A stretch of DNA of 5,686 nt from a virus. The stretch covers positions 1 to 5,686 of the IMG/VR virus record IMGVR_UViG_3300045988_001141; one strand, 5' to 3'. A program made the translations under genes and the position numbers. Below are positions 1 to 2,145 of the stretch, one piece after another. The notes under the pieces were generated by a model that was not told the DNA's origin, did no database searches, and saw only the letters and a program-made list of their open reading frames with translations. Positions within the stretch are counted from its first letter, which is position 1; each line of letters opens with the position of its first letter.

Positions 1-44
1 AGAATCTCAGAGAACGCTTTAGTAAAGCAAGGGGAATTCTCTAA
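1..44 (+). CDS. VP4: Duplicated 3' end of the VP4 gene (fragment only, caused by the terminal overlap)
   Basis: Codons from position 3 read [13 protein letters not shown] followed by TAA at 42-44. This is identical to the C-terminus of the 4619-5641 ORF. Confidence 0.85.
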   Translation, partial: NLRERFSKARGIL

Positions 45-89
45 ATGGTGTCAGTGGGCCTAATCCTATCAAGAAACGATTAGGCCCAC
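1..89. repeat. Terminal direct repeat, copy 1 (circular-genome assembly overlap)
   Basis: A base-by-base comparison shows 1-89 is identical to 5598-5686. The repeat runs to both window edges, as expected for a circle that has been linearised and over-read. Confidence 0.95.
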
Positions 90-100
90 TATTTATTTTC
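53..100 (+). terminator. Perfect 13-bp stem / 12-nt loop hairpin followed by a T-rich tract, a likely intrinsic terminator for the long operon
   Basis: AGTGGGCCTAATC (53-65) pairs perfectly with GATTAGGCCCACT (78-90) around the loop ctatcaagaaac, followed by atttattttc. It starts 9 nt after the VP4 stop codon. Confidence 0.6.
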
Positions 101-116
101 GCTTATTATATATAAC
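91..116. other. AT-rich tract (atttattttcgcttattatatataac)
   Basis: Direct reading shows almost only A and T. The tract lies directly upstream of the repeat and DnaA-box cluster, so a DNA-unwinding-element role is possible but unproven. Confidence 0.35.
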
Positions 117-121
117 TTGTT

Positions 122-137
122 GTAGTAGTAGTAGTAG
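122..137. repeat. Trinucleotide microsatellite (GTA)5 / (TAG)5
   Basis: gtagtagtagtagtag read directly from the sequence. Confidence 0.9.
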
Positions 138-210
138 GGAGTGTTGAAATGTTGAATACTATGAATTTTTATCCTTGGAACGATATTTTATGGATTATTT
201 TGATGTTGAT

Positions 211-234
211 ACTTTTGTGGATAACTTGTTGAAT
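211..234 (+). repeat. ~24-bp direct repeat, copy A (ACTTTTGTGGATAACTTGTTGAAT)
   Basis: It aligns with 274-298 (ACTTTTTGTGGAAAACCTGTTGAAA) with one 1-nt indel and three substitutions. Its 11-mer ATAACTTGTTG also occurs exactly at 112-122. Confidence 0.8.
216..224 (-). promoter_or_regulatory. Exact match to the consensus DnaA box (TTATCCACA on the minus strand)
   Basis: The + strand reads tgtggataa at 216-224, the exact reverse complement of TTATCCACA. Confidence 0.55.
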
Positions 235-253
235 TGTTGAAAGTGTAGCAATA

Positions 254-273
254 TGCACAAAACCATTTGTGCA
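254..273. repeat. Inverted repeat TGCACAAA-acca-TTTGTGCA (operator-like palindrome or hairpin)
   Basis: Two perfectly complementary 8-nt arms with a 4-nt spacer, located between the two DnaA-box repeats. Confidence 0.75.
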
Positions 274-298
274 ACTTTTTGTGGAAAACCTGTTGAAA
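274..298 (+). repeat. ~24-bp direct repeat, copy B
   Basis: See copy A. Confidence 0.8.
280..288 (-). promoter_or_regulatory. DnaA-box match (TTTTCCACA on the minus strand, fits TTWTNCACA)
   Basis: The + strand reads tgtggaaaa at 280-288. It occupies the same position within repeat copy B as the perfect box does in copy A. One-mismatch candidates lie at 251-259 (ATATGCACA, + strand) and 319-327 (TTAATCACA, - strand). Confidence 0.45.
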
Positions 299-333
299 GT
301 GTTGAAAGTGTTGAAAACTGTGATTAAAGACAG

Positions 334-352
334 TCCGGCGAGCGAAACCGGA
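334..352 (+). other. Small GC hairpin (TCCGG-9 nt-CCGGA)
   Basis: 334-338 is complementary to 348-352. It forms part of a GC-rich island inside an otherwise AT-rich spacer. Confidence 0.5.
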
Positions 353-359
353 AAGTCAC

Positions 360-404
360 GTCATGCTCTTCGAACGGCGCACCGCGCCTACCGCATGACC
401 TTTT
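360..404 (+). other. Compound GC-rich hairpin followed by CTTTT, a candidate ssDNA structural signal or terminator
   Basis: The outer stem pairs GTCATGC (360-366) with GCATGAC (393-399). The inner stem pairs GGCGC (376-380) with GCGCC (384-388) around the loop acc. The sequence cTTTT follows at 400-404. Confidence 0.55.
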
Positions 405-425
405 AGATTAAATTGCAAAAAACTA

Positions 426-453
426 TTGACAAATCACAAAAGTGTGGTATAAT
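426..453 (+). promoter_or_regulatory. Promoter P1, a near-perfect sigma70-type promoter with extended -10
   Basis: TTGACA (426-431), a 16-nt spacer, then TGgTATAAT (445-453). An A/T-rich stretch lies upstream (ttttagattaaattgcaaaaaa). Confidence 0.75.
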
Positions 454-480
454 ATAATCAAAGAAAGGCAGGTAATAAAA

Positions 481-678
481 ATGAGGAAGCCTAGACTGAA
501 CGAAAACACCATGACAAAACTCGAAATTTACGGATGCGCAAAATGCGGTAAAAACTACTACGAACTGATAGACTACATCGACGCAGAAGGGAATTACAAC
601 ACAACACTTGAACGGACAGACTTAAGGACCGGAGACATGGATACGTTCGATTGGGAAAAATTCACAAAAGAGGAGTGA
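481..678 (+). CDS. Hypothetical small protein, 65 aa, mildly acidic, with one CxxC
   Basis: This is the 442-678 track ORF, but I place the start at ATG 481. The GTG at 442 sits inside the P1 spacer and -10, upstream of any likely transcription start. A weak RBS (aaggcaggt) precedes 481. I recognise no family. Confidence 0.55.
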   Translation: MRKPRLNENTMTKLEIYGCAKCGKNYYELIDYIDAEGNYNTTLERTDLRTGDMDTFDWEKFTKEE

Positions 679-683
679 AAATC

Positions 684-872
684 ATGAAACACAAATACGA
701 AATCCGAAAACTTGAAAGCGATGGGAAGGTAAACACCATCGAAGAATTTATAAAGGAACCGAAAGACGCAAGAAGAGAAGCAAGGGCATATGCAGAAAGA
801 CACCCGGGCTTATATACACTGTACAGAGTGGACACCATAGAAATCTACTTCACAGAAAAAAAGAGGGCTTGA
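684..872 (+). CDS. Hypothetical small protein, 62 aa (MKHKYEIRKLESDGKVNTIEEF...)
   Basis: This is the 651-872 track ORF. ATG 684 is preferred because AGGAG (671-675) lies 8 nt upstream, and the upstream gene stops at 676-678. The stop TGA 870-872 runs straight into a terminator. I recognise no family. Confidence 0.6.
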   Translation: MKHKYEIRKLESDGKVNTIEEFIKEPKDARREARAYAERHPGLYTLYRVDTIEIYFTEKKRA

Positions 873-887
873 CAGGCCCTTTTTTTT
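864..887 (+). terminator. Intrinsic terminator closing the two-gene cassette
   Basis: The stem pairs AGGGC (864-868) with GCCCT (876-880) around a 7-nt loop, followed by a run of 8 T (880-887). An upstream A-run (855-862) gives it a bidirectional appearance. Confidence 0.7.
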
Positions 888-897
888 ATGATATAAA
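869..897 (+). promoter_or_regulatory. Promoter P2, a sigma70-type promoter with extended -10, overlapping the terminator
   Basis: TTGACA (869-874, in the terminator loop), a 17-nt spacer, then TGaTATAAA (889-897). Confidence 0.65.
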
Positions 898-908
898 GAA
901 AATAGTTG

Positions 909-928
909 AACAGCGAAAGTGCTGTTTT
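909..928 (+). other. Stem-loop in the 5' leader of the predicted P2 transcript
   Basis: AACAGC (909-914) pairs with GCTGTT (921-926) around a 6-nt loop, followed by tt. It begins a few nt after the expected P2 start site and is preceded by an AGTTGAA iteron-like core at 904-910. Confidence 0.45.
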
Positions 929-976
929 ACAAATACCATTTATACAAAATAATCAAAAAGAAAGAGGTGAATTGCT

Positions 977-1099
977 TTGACCTTCAAGGAAATCAACGCG
1001 CTGTTCAGCAACATCCGCAAAATCTTGGCTAAACTGGACAAGATTTATCACATGTTGGAAGACAAGGACAACAGATTCCAGACCTTCAACGGAGACTGA
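977..1099 (+). CDS. Possible TTG-initiated 40-aa ORF (MTFKEINALFSNIRKILAKLDKIYHMLEDKDNRFQTFNGD)
   Basis: AAAGAGGTG (961-969) lies 7 nt upstream of TTG 977. The frame is open to TGA 1097-1099, and an in-frame stop at 968-970 bounds it upstream. The ORF fills an otherwise empty gap of more than 200 nt between P2 and the next gene, and the peptide looks amphipathic and helical. It is not in the supplied track. Confidence 0.3.
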   Translation: MTFKEINALFSNIRKILAKLDKIYHMLEDKDNRFQTFNGD

Positions 1100-1109
1100 G
1101 AGGCCGAAA

Positions 1110-1331
1110 ATGAAAGCGTGGAACGTAAGAGACCAGACCGACAAAACGCTGGCAGAAGTACTTACCAGAACCTACAAGGAAATCGAAACAACGTACAAAC
1201 ATGTATGCAAAGCCGCCACAATCGAAGACGCAAAGTTTTACATCGATATGGCATTCCGGAAAAAAGCTTTCGCAAATGACATAGAGATGGAACAAATCAG
1301 AAGGAGAGTCAACAATGGCGAAGAGGAGTAA
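1110..1331 (+). CDS. Hypothetical protein, 73 aa
   Basis: Track ORF with ATG 1110, preceded by GAGAGG (1098-1103) at 6-nt spacing. It overlaps the next ORF by 17 nt. I recognise no family. Confidence 0.6.
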   Translation: MKAWNVRDQTDKTLAEVLTRTYKEIETTYKHVCKAATIEDAKFYIDMAFRKKAFANDIEMEQIRRRVNNGEEE

Positions 1332-1434
1332 GACCAAAAAGTCAAAAGACACGAAAGTGTTTACCCAGACGGCAAAGAAAACCAAGGCCGTCAACGTAAG
1401 CCCGAAAAACATGCGAGGAGGCACGAGACTGTAA
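1315..1434 (+). CDS. Small highly basic protein, 39 aa (MAKRSKTKKSKDTKVFTQTAKKTKAVNVSPKNMRGGTRL), a candidate J/ORF8-type ssDNA-condensing protein
   Basis: Found by hand because it is below the track cutoff. AGGAG (1302-1306) lies 8 nt upstream of ATG 1315. The protein has 13 K/R against 1 acidic residue. Its TAA stop (1432-1434) overlaps the next start as TAATG. Confidence 0.6.
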   Translation: MAKRSKTKKSKDTKVFTQTAKKTKAVNVSPKNMRGGTRL

Positions 1435-1676
1435 TGCTGAAAAGATACTATGCAATCTATGACAAGGTGGCCAAGAGCTACAGCGGGCTCTTCGAGCAGC
1501 AGAACGACGCAGTCGCAAGCAGACTCTTTGAGAGCCAGCAAAAAAACAAAGAAAGCTTCATCAGCGTGAAGCCGGAAGACTTCCAGCTCCACTACATCTG
1601 CACCATGGAAGACGAAACCGGCGAAATCATCGATAACACCAAAATGCTGGTATGTGAGGGAAAGCCTAATGAGTGA
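1434..1676 (+). CDS. VP5: VP5/ORF5-like non-structural protein, 80 aa
   Basis: The pattern YYAIYDKVAKSYSGLF...A.RLF...PEDFQLHYICTMEDETGEI fits the small gokushovirus protein I recall as Y.VYD.KA..F..PF...A.R.F...PEDF.L...G.FD..TG. Its position just upstream of VP3 is also typical. Confidence 0.6.
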   Translation: MLKRYYAIYDKVAKSYSGLFEQQNDAVASRLFESQQKNKESFISVKPEDFQLHYICTMEDETGEIIDNTKMLVCEGKPNE

Positions 1677-2145
1677 ATTCAGAAGCGCATACAGCGGCCA
1701 AGTAAGGCATACGAGTCTGACCGGTAACGGACATGAACCCGAATACGAGTACAAAGTAACCGAAGCCGGCAGAGAGCTGGTAAAAACCGGCGAAAACGAC
1801 GTCTATGCACTCATTCAGAGCCGTCTGGATGAAACCAAAATCGAAAACATCATCAAAAGAGCAACCTACGACCCGACGACGCTGGGCGACCAGGAATGGC
1901 AGAACAGCGCACAGATGGTGGACATTACCGACGTACCGACGGACTACCACACATGGTACAACCGCATCGAGGACGCAAAGAAGCAGTTTGAAGCCCTGCC
2001 TATCGAAGTCAAAAACAAATGGGATAACGACGTAGAAAAATACATCATGGCCTACGGCACGGCAGAATGGGCCGACAAAATGGGCCTTCTGAAAGAAGAA
2101 AAGCCGACTGAAAACACGACAGAGAAAAAGGAGGCAGCAGAGTGA
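1669..2145 (+). CDS. VP3: Internal scaffolding protein VP3-like, 158 aa from ATG 1669
   Basis: This is the 1654-2145 track ORF. ATG 1669 is preferred because GAGGGA (1657-1662) lies upstream and it forms an ATGAGTGA overlap with the VP5 stop. The acidic protein of about 160 aa directly precedes VP1, and ...DVYALIQSRLDE...AKKQFEALPIEVKNKWDND... resembles gokushovirus VP3. The alternative start is GTG 1654. Confidence 0.65.
   Translation: MSEFRSAYSGQVRHTSLTGNGHEPEYEYKVTEAGRELVKTGENDVYALIQSRLDETKIENIIKRATYDPTTLGDQEWQNSAQMVDITDVPTDYHTWYNRIEDAKKQFEALPIEVKNKWDNDVEKYIMAYGTAEWADKMGLLKEEKPTENTTEKKEAAE

Larger units (their letters stand above)
142..317 (+). repeat. Iteron-like array of 8 direct copies of TGTTGA(A/T), including a 3x tandem 9-mer
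   Basis: Copies lie at 142-149, 150-157, 204-211 (TGTTGATA), 227-234, 235-242, 291-298, 300-307 and 309-316, all in the same orientation. The segment 291-317 reads TGTTGAAAG TGTTGAAAG TGTTGAAAA. Degenerate copies occur at 118-124 (TGTTGTA) and 904-910 (AGTTGAA). Confidence 0.85.

Noticed and set aside
1-89. The terminal direct repeat as a biological structure (DTR packaging ends, LTRs or att duplication)
   Set aside because: The repeat cuts through the VP4 coding sequence and runs to both window edges. This is the signature of a circular contig over-assembled by one overlap length, and Microviridae package circular ssDNA without terminal repeats.
96-125. A possible dif/XerCD recombination site, since some gokushovirus and Bacteroidetes microvirus prophages integrate at dif
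   Set aside because: ttcgcttattatatataacttgttg has an AT-rich centre, but the arms do not reproduce the ...ATAA-6 nt-TTAT... inner symmetry or the conserved XerD arm (TTATGTTAAAT-like). The 441-470 region was checked for the same reason and fits no better. No integrase is encoded.
291-317. The tandem 9-mers as a CRISPR array or minisatellite
   Set aside because: The units are contiguous with no spacers and are only 9 nt long, which does not fit CRISPR architecture. They belong to the dispersed TGTTGAA motif family.
142-317. The TTGAAA cores of the repeats as a series of -35 promoter hexamers
   Set aside because: I checked 16-18 nt downstream of each copy and found no acceptable -10 hexamer. 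The best candidate is TATGCA after 229-234, which is poor. The only convincing promoters are P1 and P2.
442-480. The GTG 442 start given by the ORF track for the first small ORF, and likewise ATG 651 for the second and GTG 1654 for VP3
   Set aside because: GTG 442 lies inside the P1 spacer and -10 element, so it would not be on the transcript. ATG 651 has no RBS and overlaps the upstream ORF, whereas ATG 684 has AGGAG at ideal spacing. ATG 1669 has the better RBS for VP3, although GTG 1654 remains possible.
535-549. The CAKC in the 65-aa protein as a zinc-ribbon or zinc-finger motif
   Set aside because: There is only one CxxC pair and no second Cys/His pair anywhere in the protein, so a zinc-binding fold cannot be supported.
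1805-2035. Nested + strand alternative-frame ORFs inside VP3, VP1 and VP4 (1805-2035, 2353-2547, 3391-3618, 3578-3805, 4774-5013, 4932-5138), considered as phiX174-style overprinted genes such as an E-like lysis gene
   Set aside because: None has a convincing RBS or a hydrophobic transmembrane segment. Their Arg/Thr/Ser-rich composition is what the off-frame of A/C-rich coding DNA produces. The stop-codon depletion explains their length. This cannot be fully excluded without comparative or ribosome-profiling data.
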